Shown piece after piece: positions 12,438 through 26,338 of a DNA stretch of 64,000 bases. The position numbers and the translations under genes are program-made. The notes beneath the pieces were generated by a model, which ran no database searches, was not told where the DNA came from, and worked only from the letters and a program-made list of their open reading frames with translations. This stretch comes from Folioceros fuciformis (Eukaryota). The stretch is taken from positions 153,434-217,433 of the forward strand of contig JBNGIO010006284.1 in the NCBI GenBank assembly GCA_049999805.1, written 5' to 3'. How positions within the stretch are numbered: the stretch's first letter is position 1; each line of letters opens with the position of its first letter.

Positions 12438-15400
12438 ATGGCTCTTGTGAGTCCCAAGACTGACAGCCTGCCCAGCTCCAGGAAGGGCAGCCAGGAAAAC
12501 CGATTGTTCAGTATCCGAATTGTCAACTTCGACTACTACACGGCTCCCCCTTTGCCTGAGCTGGACTTGGGATACTCCACCTTCCAGGGTAGGGGGCCCC
12601 TCTGCCACCACATATCTGGATTGGTTGTTCAGCTGAAGGGAGCATAAGAGTTTGCTCTCTGTCTCGACTGTGCAGGCCGCACAATTGAAGAAGTTCCCGT
12701 TGTTCGGATTTTCGGGTCTACTACAGCGGGCCAAAAGACATGCCTGCACTTGCATAGGGTACGGGTGAACTTGGGTACAACAGTACTTGCATGTCATGCT
12801 GTGTCGGTCCATTCGTTCAGCAATTGTTGATGCAAAGTCTGCAACAGATCTTCCCTTATTTCTACGTCCCTTACGAGGACGATCTCCCCCAGGATGTGAA
12901 TGAAGGTATTGCACCGTGTCGTCGGGCACTGAGTTCACTTTTGTTTTGATTGTGGCATGTAGACATTCTGGGTTCTCGCATGTTGCAGTGGGTGTATGAG
13001 TCTTTTGTTAACTCAATAAGAATGCTGACCTGCTCATTTCTTCTGCTGTTTCTTCAGCCTTCGCGTATGTCCGCTGTCTCGGATTGGCCATTGAGCAAGC
13101 CATGAAGGTACTAGCGTTTGATACTTACCATCTTGACCATGGACCGGCATGACAGCGGGTGCATCTCAAGAGCTTAGGCATTGAAAATGTAAGCCCACCT
13201 TGCAGATGTCCAGCCGCGCTGCTGGGAAGAAGCAACATGTTCACTGTTGTAGCCTGGTCCGTGGTAGGAGGTACTATGGATATCATCCAAATGAGCAATT
13301 GTTTGTAAAGATTGTCCTGTATCCTTACACACCTGCTGGATGTGCTGCTGGTTAACATGTTCTGCCTGCTCGTACTGAATTCAGTAATTCTGCCGCATGT
13401 TCAAGTTTGGCTAGTCTTTGTGCAGAGATGTTTTATCACTCTGAAAGAGTATACACTTAACATCATTCAGCTACCATCCACAGGACGTACCTCGAATAAC
13501 TGCTTTGCTCACGGTAAGCCCTGCTCAGTTTTGCCCATCTCATCTAGACAAGACAGTGAGATGCCTGATTGTCAAATAGTGTTCATGTTGTTACAGGCTG
13601 GTGGGATTATGAATCGGAAGTTCCAACCACATGAGTCTCACATTCCATACCTCCTTCAGTTTCTGGTATGGTTTTTGGCCATTCTTGAGGCCAGCGTTCT
13701 TCGTGCTGTCCTGGTCATATGGGGTAAGGTGATTAGGACATCCTCACGGTTTCTTGTGCTTGCTGCTTCTGGGTATCTCACTTTATAAGATATTCGTCCA
13801 GATTGACCACAACTTGTCTGGAATGGCTCATATACATCTTGCAAAAGTGAGGCTACGACATCCGCTGCCAGATCACTCATTGGACAGAGCTCAGCTGTTG
13901 AAACATCTAAAGGAATCGTTAAGGAAGCAAGATACTGTGACACAGGCCGGGAAGGAAGGTCGTTTGGACATACTTGTAAATCAAGCGAAGACGAGCACTG
14001 CATACAATGACTCTAAGCTGCCTGGAGGTCCACCGTCCTCTCTTTCAGTGGGAGATGAGTCCAATGTCTGGCTGAAAAACACGGTTCCAGTAGAATGGAT
14101 TTGGACTTCGGATGGAGATGCTGCACCTTCAAGGCACAGCGCTTGCGAGCTGGAAGGTGACGGCTTAGCTGAAGGTATGTCGTTTGCTTGGTAGCTGAGA
14201 TGAAAACTATCCTGTTATGTGTCCAAATTGCAAGGCTACCCTAAAGATATGGAATGAAGTAATTAACTGTTGCGTCTGCAGACATTTTGAACAAGCGCGA
14301 CCTTCTGTTTGTGCCGTTGCAAACTGCAGGGCCTGATATTAGGACGGTGCAATCACTGGTACCTATTTGGGAGGTTGGTTTCTGAAACTCTAAGCAGGGT
14401 GTTTGAAGGTGGTGTAAAAGGAAAGCGTTTTTTCAGCAACTCTGTGCTTTTGCATGAGCTGGGTGCGCATGCCGTTATATCAAGCTTGTGAACAGCTTCC
14501 GAAACAAGATGCTCACCATGTGTCTGTGTGTTGGGTCATCAATATGTTTGCAATGCAGGAAGAGCTTCAAAGAACAGGTGAAGAAGGAGCTGCCGGATCC
14601 CTCGCTCAATCTTCTCCCGGAGAAAGGGTGTTGCCTCCCATAGCCTCTCATGAGCAAGCAATGCGAAATGTGCTTTTGGACATAGTTCGCGAATTTGAGT
14701 CTAGGCATGCAGGAACTGGGAACACACAGGACGGCAGTCCTTTAAAGGGGGCACTATCTGTAGAAGTCGCAGCTCCTTCAGAAGTAACACCTGACAACAT
14801 GGGTGAGGTTGTTCAGAACCAGGCTCTGGAGATCGAGGAGAAGAGCAATGCCACGTTGGAACAGCGAGGCCTGGGTCGGAAGGAGGGCGGACTATCGGTA
14901 ACATCAGATCAGGTTTCTTCAGTGTCACCCCAACGAAAAGCAAGGGATATGTGGATTGCTGGTAGCCTTCTGAAGTGCACACAAGCGGCAAATGTGCAAG
15001 AAATTAGTGGTCCCCAAGATGAAGCGAGATTACCACAAGATTGGATACCAGGATCGGGAGAAATATATTTTCCTGGACAAGATCATATGCAAGGCCTTGT
15101 GAATGAAGAAATTGTCAAGGAACAGTTTACACAAGCTTCTGAGCCTCAGGTATTCATGCTTATGCTGCAGTTGATTCTCAGACAGCTAATCTTTGAACGT
15201 TTATACTAACCCAGTGTTGCTTCCAGGGCACAGAAAAGGAAGTTCTTGATTTGCTTTGTTGGATGGGTGGTGCCCAAGATGAGATAGATGTTGAGGCCAG
15301 CGATGATGGAGATGAGCAATGCTCTCAAGAGCTCGAGTTTAGCCAGATGTTTCGTTCGTCTGGGGTGCAGGCAGCATTAACTCGAGCTCTATCAGCATAT

Positions 15401-18400
15401 GAAGTTGCCTCCAACGCTGAATGCCAAGAGATACTGAGCTGTTACACAGAGGGTAAAGATAAACTCGAAGCAGGATCTTCAGAGGAAGAAGGCAGACATG
15501 ATCAAGGGCTGACCGAATCCAGCGATGAAGACAGTATCACGAGTTTGAACCCAATTCAAGCAGGAGCAGAGTCATGGCAGAGGAGCCAATCTCCAAAATC
15601 AGGAGAACACATGGATCACAAAAACGATGTTAGAAGTTCACAAGCTGGACCTACAATCCCGCAGGTTGACGGTCAGTATGATGAGCAGAATGACATTGAT
15701 ACTAAAGGGGCTCCCTGCTGCTCTGGAGATCGACCCATGGAGACAGAGACCCCTGAGTTGACCATAGACCTTGATTCTATGTCATCCAGTCACCCACAAT
15801 TAGTGCGTGCATCTTCTTTGCACCCCCCAAAGGGTCTGAAGAGGAAAACCTCGTCAATCTTACAAACCTCCAAACTTCCAGCTGTCAGGGCCACCAAGCC
15901 ACAGGTCTCCTGGTGCACTTTGCCTGTAACTGGCGTGGAGACTGCGTCAGCAGCATCAGGGCACAAAAGTGAGGAACGGTTGCCTTCTGGGAAGGAACTT
16001 TCGAGGCCTTCCATTGCTGAAACAGGACTCTGTGGGGAAACGTCAAAATTGAATCCAGAAAGGAGTTCCTCCTTACGTGCTTTAATGAGGCGACGTCGGG
16101 GAAGAAAGCGAAAGCAGCGGGAAGCTGGGCATCAGAATGAAACCAGCATGCCTGTGGATGCTACTGAGCCTAAAAGAATTGCTGGGATGGAGGTGAGTGG
16201 GAAGAGCGACGAGATGGAACAAACGCTGACTGGCAAGTGGGATACGGGACTAGCTGACAGAGGTGACAACCGAGACTGTGGCGGAGGACAGAAACATGAT
16301 GATGGTTCTGTTTTGGGTCAGGAGGGTGCACTTAGTTTGCGGGAACCAGCCCTTGAAACTGGCTATGTACATAAGTTCAGTTTGCTGAATACTTCATGTC
16401 TTCCAGAGGACCAAGAAAATCTGTCTTTTGGATTTAAGTCCACTCTAAAAGGGGACAACAGGGTGGATCTAAGACATGATGAGCTGCCGTTTGTTGGCAA
16501 CCAGTTTTCTGTGTCCGACACTGTTTGTTTTCATGATGTGAAAAACGTTAAGCTTCGCACAAGGGGAGAGGGCCATGAACACTCTACAGATAGGGAGAGA
16601 TGTGTTTCAGAAGATTTTTCGCCAAGGAAGGTTTGTGAGACATTAAAACAAGCAGTTTGCTACTCTAACAACCCTGGTGGTGACGTATCAGTTGTGTTCA
16701 AGAAACCACAAACCCAGTGCCGCTCTTTCGGTGGTGCCCAGCATGGATCTGACCATGAGGCGTCAACATCTACTTTTGTTTCAAACGCTGATTCAATCTC
16801 ACTGCAGAGTCTGAAAATGAAGTCTGAGAAAATGGAGACTGCCCACCCCAAGACTCAGCTTGATAGAACAGGGAAGGTGGATTTAGAGCCTTGCCCTGGT
16901 GAGTCGTCTTTTGAGCTTGGCCTTCAAGTACCTGCAGGACACGTCCCTCCAGCAGAATCAGATGAACAAAGGGATGGTGAGAAGGATCTTGCAGAATGTA
17001 CACCGAAGCAAGATTGCGACAGTGATTCATGGTGGAGAAAAGGTCGCTCGTCATTGATGAGCTATTCCACACTGCCGGTTTACCAGGATGATGCAAGTGA
17101 AACTCTCTACTCTTTACGATATAACAGGAAGCCACCAAGCCCAGCTCACTGCCTCGACACTTTTTCCAACCATGGTCTCAATTCAGAAGAGCATGGCACA
17201 GTCTTTTTTGGAAATGTCAAGGATGTATCGGCTCAGCCCACGGTCATGGCTGGTTTAGTATTTCACTGTGAGTAGTACGCTTGAATTTTGAGTCAATGCT
17301 GCTGATTTTCTTTTAAAGGCAAGTCATCTCACACAACTTCTAATTTGCTGCAGGGAGGTCAAAGGAAGGTGTGCATTTGCCGCCATTCCTTTTTGGATCA
17401 CCAGGGAAAGTGAGCAGATCTGAGCAAGCATCTAAGGAAAGGGAATATGTGGAGACGGAGCTCTGGGGTCTACAGCAGGGTGGAGATGGTAGAATGGGAG
17501 TGCCCGTGCACTTTGAAAATGATGGGAGCATGTTCTACGTCCTGACACCGGCCCGAAGTCCTCCCTCCTGCTCAGCCGTTCAGGACTGGCTGCAGCAGAA
17601 GACGTCAAAAGGTGGTGATGGCCCTGGCAAGAAAGACAAACAAGTTTTCACCGTGGATCCGAATACAGGAAAGCTGGTTGCACTTGAAGGTGATGCACAA
17701 ACCCAGACGACCCAGTCGTTCACTCAAGGATCCCTGGAGGATAATGAGTACTACAGACCTGCATCGCCAAAGTATGATGAGAAGCACGTGCTGACTGTGC
17801 CTTTCACTTCCACTGATCACCATCTTGCGGCCTTGTCTGTTGATAAGAATTTATCTGTACAAAGACTGGGTGGGAAGATGCCCCCAGATGTTAACACGAA
17901 AACCCACAACCCAGGCAGTAATGAAGGCCTGCTGAATGCTCAGGATGAAGTAATTGGAGGTGAAGAGAATCAGGGCGCCAAAAAGGATCATGCCAGTTCC
18001 ATAGTCCTTGGTGAAGCTATTGATACAACGAAGGATATTGCAAAGCTTACCCGACAATGGCGTGATGTTTCACAAATAACAGCCCCAGTCATCACAGCAG
18101 CTCAGATAACCCCTCTCAGTCAATCTGGATTTCGAGATCCAGCAAGTGAAGGTGGTGGTCAGCAACTCACTTTGGCAAGCATAGAGGTCAGACATGTTTG
18201 CAAGGACTTGACTGGTGCGTGTTGCTTAATTGCCATCTTGCTGAGTTAAAGTGTTTCGCATTTCAGATCTATGTACAGACCAGAGGAGATTTGCGACCTG
18301 ACCCTAGATATGATGCGATCGGCTGCATAATTATAGTGTTTCAAGATGACCATCAGAACCGAGAACAGACTACGTTTGTTTTGATTAGAGATGAAACTTG

Positions 18401-21400
18401 CTGGCTTCAGAATAAGTAAGCGGAAGATTCTGATGTCTGTCTATTTCCTTGTATTATGCGTTCGTATTTTGAGTAACATCGCCAGTTTGCGTGTAACAGG
18501 AATGTGGATGGAATCACTTCTTGTGAGCTGATATATTTACCCAATGAAGCCGCGCTGTTCAGCTGCCTTGTACAGTTGGTGAAGCTGTATGATCCAGATA
18601 TTTTGATAGGATGGGAGATCCAGCGTTTCTCTCTGGGGCTTTTGGCAGAAAGGGCTTCCAATATTGGCATTGGACTCCTCAAGCAACTTTCTCGAACACA
18701 GCGAGGGAAAGATGCGGATCTTCCTGGACAGCAGGATGCCCAAAGGAACTCAGATAAGAGCCTTTTTGAAGGAAAGCAGGTCGAGACCACAGGGGCTAAT
18801 GAACCTATCATAGATGATGAGTGGGGAAGAACTCATGGAAGTGGCATATACGTTGGTGGTCGGATTGTTTTGAACTTATGGCGGATCATGCGCGGGGAAG
18901 TTAAACTTGGAATATACTCGTTGGAAGCGGTAGCAGAGCTGGTATTGAGAAGAAGGGTTCCTCGCATACCGTGGAGAACTTTGTCAGAATGGTTCTCTGG
19001 GGGACCAGGTGGTGCCCGGTTCAGGTGTCTAGAGTATTTCGTGGACAGAGCAAGGCTTAATCTGCAGATAATGGATCAACTTGACCTGGTGGGAAGTTAC
19101 TTGTCCTCTTGTGTTGTTTTCTTGGCCGAATGAATGATGAGATCTTCTCCAGAGACCTGATGCATCTCAGTTCCTGATAAGCAGGTCAATCGTACAGCTG
19201 AACTGGCACGAATTTTTGGCATAGACTTCTTTTCAGTATTTTCACGTGGATCACAGTATCGAGTTGAATCTATGATGCTACGCTTAGCGCACACGCAGAA
19301 CTTTCTTATGGTCTCTCCAAGTAAACAGCAGGTATATGAGTCTCCAAGCCCAAGTCCAGATACCATGAGCCGGACCTGATGCCCCCATGAACTGAACTTG
19401 AATGACTGTCTGTAGGTAGCTGCACAACCGGCAATGGAATGTCTTCCCCTGGTCATGGAACCAGAGTCTAGATTCTACACCAGCCCGGTGGTGGTGCTAG
19501 ACTTCCAGTCACTGTACCCATCAATCATCATTGCCTACAATCTCTGTTTTTCCACGTCCCTTGGAAAGATTGTCTCGCAGAACCCAAAGCAACTAGGGGT
19601 GACCTCAATGTATGTCCAGCCAGCTTTGTTGGCTGAACTCAAGGAGAAGCTGATACTCACTCCTAATGGTGTTATGTTTACTCCTCCTGAGGTCGGTGGT
19701 GAGTTGTTGCAATCGTTAGCATGCAGACTGTTCCATGTGTGTGTCAGATGCATCGCTCACTCGGGAGCTGGAAATGCAGGTCTGTCGTGGTGTGCTGCCC
19801 AGGTTACTAGATGAGATACTCAGTACCCGCATTATGGTGAAGAAAGCAATGAAAAAACTTGCCCCGAAGGAAAGGGTCAGACAAAGGGTATGAACTTCAC
19901 CAGAACTCATTGGGGCATTTGCATGGCCCATCTCCTCATGTTGTTGGTACATAAGTCGCCATGATGTCCGATCGTGCTGAAAATGACAAACCCTCGTGCA
20001 GGTTCTCAATGCAAGACAATTTGCTTTGAAGTTGATAGCAAATGTGACTTACGGATACACAGCTGCCGGTTTCAGTGGCCGTATGCCATTTGCAGAGCTT
20101 GCTGACAGCATTGTCCAGCTTGGACGCATAACTTTAGAGCGAGCAATCCATCTGGTGAATGCACATCCGACATGGGGGGCCAGGGTTGTGTATGGGGACA
20201 CGGACAGGTAAGGATGATGATCTTGTTGATAATCGTGGATGCCTATAACTCTACATCTGGCTCCAGAATGGTGTGTTGGTTTCTCGGATAAGCCATCGAA
20301 GTTCTCTGTTGTTGGCAGCTTGTTTGTTCTTTTAGAAGGTCGAACACGAGAGCAGGCATTCAAGATTGGTCAGGAAATTGCCTCGACCGTAACAGCAGGA
20401 AATCCTCCACCCATTGTCCTGAAGATGGAGAAAGTATACCATCCGTGCGTTCTTCTCACCAAGAAACGGTATGTGGGTTACAGCTACGAGAGTGTGGGAC
20501 AACAAAAACCGTTTTTTGATGCCAAGGGCATTGAAACAGTACGTAGAGATAGTTGCGCTGCAGTGAGGAAGACTATGGAAAGCTGTCTGAGGATTCTTTT
20601 TGAATCTAAAGATCTGTCCAAGGCAAGTTTGTTTGTTTCAACTGCTCTACCTTCTCTACCAGCTGTTGGGTGTATGACATCCTCTTGCTTTCTTGCAGGT
20701 GAAACAATACCTGAGACGACAATGGGGTAAAATAATTAGTGGAAGAATATCTGTGCGTGACTTCATTTTTGCGAAGGAGGTGCGATTGGGTACATACAGT
20801 GCAAATGCATCAGTGCTCCCTCCAGCAGCCATAGTTGCTTCTAAGGCTATGAGTGTCGATCCACGAGCTGAGCCACTGTACGGTGAACGGATCCCTTACG
20901 TTGTCATCCATGGTGAACCAGGCGCTCGCCTGGTGGACATGGTTGTAGATCCTCACACACTCTTGAGCAACCCCCTTACTTTGCGGCTGCATGATATTTA
21001 CTACATCACAAAGCAGATCATACCTGCTCTGCAAAGGATTTTTGGCCTTGTGGGAGTTGAGCTGAAGGTATGGTACAACGAAATGCCTCGGGTTTATCAG
21101 CTTCCGTCCAAGAAGCCCCTTCATCCAAAAGGCAAGTCAGATTTGGTGAAATTGCAATATCGAGCCACTCATAGAGCGACGATAGATAACTACTATCTTT
21201 CTCGCCATTGTCCTGTCTGTGGAACTTTTACTCGTGGTTCGGGTGCTGTTTGCCCCACCTGCTCCAAGGATCCTATGCTGGTGACAGTGGTCATGACTGG
21301 CCGAACATCTCAGTTGGAGCGCGAACTGAAACATCTGGAGACCGTAAGCATCAACTCTCTTTTCACACCACTGGTTGTCTTTGCAGTACCAAGTTGGATA

Positions 21401-21659
21401 GTATGCCACTTGTCAGAATGAGTTAGAGCTAATAAGTTACAGTATTGCACCATTCTGATCTCCCTCCTTTTCTTCTCAGATATGTCGGCATTGTGGTGGT
21501 GACGATGGCAAGCCCGAGCGAAAGATAAGTTGTGTGTCATTAGACTGTCCTGTCTTTTTTGAAAGGCGTAAAGCGGACACAGAGTTACAATCTGCTGTAG
21601 CTACACAACTACATGCCTGCACCAGTCCACATGGTTTGCTTCAATCCGAACTTTTCTAG
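12438..21659 (+). CDS. REV3: DNA polymerase zeta catalytic subunit (multi-exon)
   Basis: N-term [42 protein letters not shown], region [22 protein letters not shown], region [18 protein letters not shown], region I YGDTDS, C-terminal CxxC CysA/CysB motifs; stop TAG 21657-21659. Confidence 0.96.
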
Positions 21660-22159
21660 AAACCTGAGAATGCCGGCTGTCGGCACTCCCATGTATACAT
21701 ACTATCTTCTCGCTGCTGGTTAGGTTAACCCATAAAAGCGAGGAGCAATTGTTTGATGCTTTCAAGCTTTAAGGACTTGCCTCCGCTGTTCTGAAGTCCC
21801 TTATGGCTTCGAAGTTTAAAGAGAGGCTCAAAGGGTCTCCCCTCCAACACAAATCTAGAGCATATGCCGTGAAAATATGAAGTAGACTGCTTCCATCGTC
21901 CTTCGGCGAGTTCGATTCTTCCACTGTCTGTCGATGGGTCCATTCCGTCCTTTTCCGTACTTAAAAAGGAAGTTTTCCCTTCTGGCTGAAATGCAGACAT
22001 ACAGGACGTGCCTTCTGGAATGTAAAACATGGAGCATGTTCCTCCCTGAATCACTGTAAGACCAATTGTGATAAAACCGGGTTCCAGTTTCTTCAGAGCT
22101 CGCTGTTTTGTCCCAAAGTCTCTGCTCATAGCATCCGACCACTATTGACAGATGATGGG

Positions 22160-25100
22160 TCAAGACGGTTCACCCAGTCCTCCCATCGTTTTGGAGCGAA
22201 CATGATGAAACCTCGCACCGTCATCTTCACTGTCGAAATGTATTTTATCTATAACCAGGAAACCATGCACAACTCCGTCCATGTCTGTCCACCAGCTCTG
22301 ACCTGGCTGCTTCCACGCTCTGACTCTTCTCCTCCTTTCCTGCATCTCTTTTGCCTGCTCCCACATTTGGGCACTTACGTATATGTTCGCCATTAACACA
22401 TATGCTGCAGCATCACTTTTGTCCAAATTCATTGCTTCATCGAAAGCATGGCATCCTACCTCTACATTACACCACTTTCGACAAGCACCTAAGAGAGTGT
22501 GCCAAACTGCTGCATCAGGCAGTGCAGGCATTCTCCTTACCAAAGCTAGTGCCTCCTCAAGGTGGCCTGCACGACCCATAAGATCTACCATGCATGTGTA
22601 GTGCTCTGCTGTCGGAGTAACGCCATAATGGGTGCTCATGGCATCAAAATGCTCGAGCCCCTTACGCACCAGACCTGCATGACTGCATGCTTTCAGAACA
22701 CTCAGGAATGTGATGCCAGTGGGTTCTACACGATGCTCGCGCATTTTATGAAACAAGTCAGAGACCACAGCACCGTTCCCCTGATCCGTGTAGCCTGAGA
22801 TTAGCGCGTTCCAGGCTACAATGTCTTGTTCAGCCAACTTATCAAAGACCTTTTGTGCATCAACCATGCTCCCAGACTTTCCATACATGTTTATCAAACT
22901 TACAGCTACTAGCACATTGCTGTCCAGCCCTTGTTCTTCAATCTGCGCATGAATCTTTCTTCCCAGATGTAAAGCAGCTACATTTGCACATGCTTGCAGG
23001 AGGCACACAAATGTCAAAGTATCCGGTGCAACAGTGTCTTCTTCATGCATAGCCCGGTAGAGAGATAGGGCTTCGAGGTCCAATCCCTGCTGGGAGTATC
23101 CTGTTATCATGGCATTCCACGTCACCACGTCTTTCTGGGTAAGCCTGTCAAACATCTTCTGAGCATCTCCCAGGCTGCCACACTTGGCATACATATCTAC
23201 CAAACTATTGGCTACCATCATATCAGATTGAAGACCTAGTTCTCTGATTTGCGCATGAAGCTGCTTGCCCTTCTCCAAAGCTGAGATGCCTACACATGCA
23301 CATGCTTGTAGGACGGACACACAAGTCATGGAATCTGGCGCAACCCTTCCTCCTTCCATAGCTTTGTGAAGGCGAAGGGCTTCCTCGCCCATGCCCTGCT
23401 GCGAATGTCCTGCGATCATGGCATTCCACATCACGACATCTTTCTCAGAGAGCCTGTCAAATATTCTTTGCGCATCTTCAACCTTCCAGACTTTGCGTAT
23501 CCTGCTAATAGAGTGGTAGATGTAACCATATTTTTCTCATCAAGTCTGTAGAACACATGCTCAGCGTCCTCTAGGCTTCCACACTTTGCGTACATGTCGA
23601 CCAAGCTGCAACTAATAACAGCGTTAACCGTGAGTCCTAGTTCTTCAATCTGTGCATGAAGCTGTTTCCCTTTCCGCAAAGCTTGGACACCCAAACTTGC
23701 GCATGCCTGCAGAAGAGATACGTATGTTACAGGATCTGGTACAGCAATGCCCTCATCTTGCATAGCTGTGTAGAGATGAAGGGCTTCCTGACCCATGCCA
23801 CGCTGGGCGTATCCTGCTATCAAAGCTGTCCATGTGACCACATCTTTTTTATCAAGATCGTCAAATACTCTTTGCGCATCTTCCAAGCTGCCGCACTTGC
23901 TATACATGTTCACCAAACTGTTGGCTACAAACACATCAGATTGCAGGCCTCGTTCTCTAATATCCCACTGCATGTGCCTTCCCTTCTCCAAAGCAAGGGT
24001 GCCTACACTTGCACACGCCTGCAGAAGGCACACAAATGTCACAGAATCGGGTGCAACAGTGCCTACTTGTTGCATCGCTCTGTACAATAGAAGAGCTTCC
24101 TGCAGCATGCCCCGGTGGCAATACCCTGCAACCATAGCATTCCATGCCGTCACATTCTTATGGGTAAGGCCGTCAAACACACCCTGGGCATCCACTAGGC
24201 TGCCACACTTCAGGTACATCTTCACCAGACTGCAACCTACAACAACATCAATCTGAAGTCCTCGTTCTCCAATAAGTGCATGCAGCTGTCTACCTTTCTC
24301 CAAAGCAGGAGCGCCCATACTTGCACATCCCTGCAGGAGGCACAAAAAGGTCACACAATCGGGTGAAGCCATATCTTCCTCTTGCATAGCACTGTAAAGC
24401 CTGAAGGCTTCTTGCCATAAGCCCTGCTGACAATATCCTGCGATCATAGCATTCCACGACACTATATCCTTATGGCCAAGTGCGTCGAACACTCTACGAG
24501 CATCATCCAAACTGCCACACTTCGCATACATGTCCATCAAGGAATTCCAAACAAACAAATCAGGCTCGAAACCATCAACCCCACTGGCTAGCACATAAGC
24601 ATGCACCTGCTGCCCAGCTTCCAAATCCGATTCCCTTGCACACGCTTGAAGGGCTGCGACATATACATGCCCATCGGGCTTCACACTTGACCTGCCCATC
24701 TTGTACAAGTCTATCGCCTGCTCAGCCAGCCCCTGGTTCACATAAGCAGAGATTATGGAGGACAACATAAAAGCATCTGGCTTGGCAACCACAGCAAAGA
24801 CAGCCATCGCTTCGTGCAACCTACCATGAGAAGAATACATTCGAATGATGTGGTTGCACAAGGATGTGTCCAACTCGTACCCCTGCTCGACAATGAGAGC
24901 ATGAACACGGCGACCCAGAGCCAGATCCCTCTGAACCACACATTTCTTCAGGACAGTATAGAAAGCAGATGCAGTTATACTACTCCCTGTCTGCACCAGA
25001 ACTCCCAGACCCTCAACAGCCTCAGTGTCCTGCTCCTGCTTACAGAGTTGTCTCACGCTTTCATCCGATACGGCTCTTTGATACTCTGCAGATCTGTCAG

Positions 25101-25446
25101 GGTCACGGTCACGACCCGTCCGCATTTCCATAGCAGACAATTCCACATCACCCCAAGATGGCTTGCACAGGGACTCTGTATGCCAGAAGCCCCGAGAATA
25201 CACCCTGTGTTCAAATTGCCTGCTGTGCCCCCAAAGCGTATGGTCCAGAGAACACCGTCGACAAAGGAACTCATGCCGTCTACCCTCCCCAGACAGGAGG
25301 CATTCTCGTGAGTGGTATGAAGGCGGTGCAAGGCTTCCCCCACTGGAGGCAGCCTTGCTCCGTAACTTTTCCCACCTTGAAGTCAGGCCAGTGGGCCTTA
25401 TCCTCCGGGACCTGTAATCCCACCAATGCTTTCTCCAAGCATCCAT
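22160..25446 (-). pseudogene. PLS-class PPR protein (PPR-1), WW-type E+/truncated DYW, split by a 1-nt frameshift at ~23479
   Basis: ORFs 23431-25446 and 22160-23434 join into a continuous P-L-S array if one base is restored; ends AWKQPGQSWWTDMDGVVHGF. Confidence 0.85.
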
Positions 25447-25872
25447 AATTCACCCAAACCAGATGAGCTGATGACAGTGTCCATATCCACAGGATTCGGG
25501 CTTCTGCGATGTCAAGCTTACCCATGATCAACTCCAGGTTTGCTGTCGGCCTTTCTTGGTCTTCATTGCAGTTGCTCACATATCTCAGTGCTGCTTGAAA
25601 GATCGCAGGCATGTGGACTCGATCTTTGTTGCTTTCATACCTCTGGTGCCTTGAAGAACTCAAGTTTTTCAGTTCGGAAAGTTGCTCCCTTATGGATTGA
25701 GTCTGGAAGATCCGAAGAAACTGCACCTTGTAAGCATTCGTTTTCGAAATTTCTCAAAAGGAGTCGAAAGGGGCGTGGGGTGTAGAGAATGGGAATGGCA
25801 AAATCTCTCCGACGTGGCCATCAAAATGAAGCTAAGGTTGAACATCCTCCGGCAAAATCCAGAGTAATGGAT

Positions 25873-25972
25873 NNNNNNNNNNNNNNNNNNNNNNNNNNNN
25901 NNNNNNNNNNNNNNNNNNNNNNNNNNNNNNNNNNNNNNNNNNNNNNNNNNNNNNNNNNNNNNNNNNNNNNNN
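25873..25972. other. Assembly gap (100 N)
   Basis: N run; gagtaatggat repeated on both sides. Confidence 0.99.
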
Positions 25973-26338
25973 GAGTAATGGATTAATCTGAAGCCTTTGC
26001 GTTTGCGATCCATCCTCGTGCTTACTTGTCGTGTGCATAGGAGAGTTGTTAGAAGATAAAGGGCACCAGGTGGTTTCGTGGTTGGTTTGGCCGATTTGTG
26101 AAGAACGATGAATTTGGGGAGGTTTGGATCATGAGACATGTTATCCACGAAGTCTTGGTCGCCCCGCTATGTCAGATCCTTCATGATTTGACGCGTTCGA
26201 TGCCTCCCTTGGTTGGGCAACTGCTCACCCTTCCAGCGGTCATGGACGAAAACGTACCTTGGACTATATCGATTTTTCTTCTTGTTGGCCATGATTCGAT
26301 CATCGGTGTATTTGAGGTGTTTCTGCCTCGCTAGCATG

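Noticed and set aside
21725-22129. ORF with IPEGTS as a DYW relic of PPR-1
   Set aside because: Only a short TPEGT-like match, no HxE or CxxC
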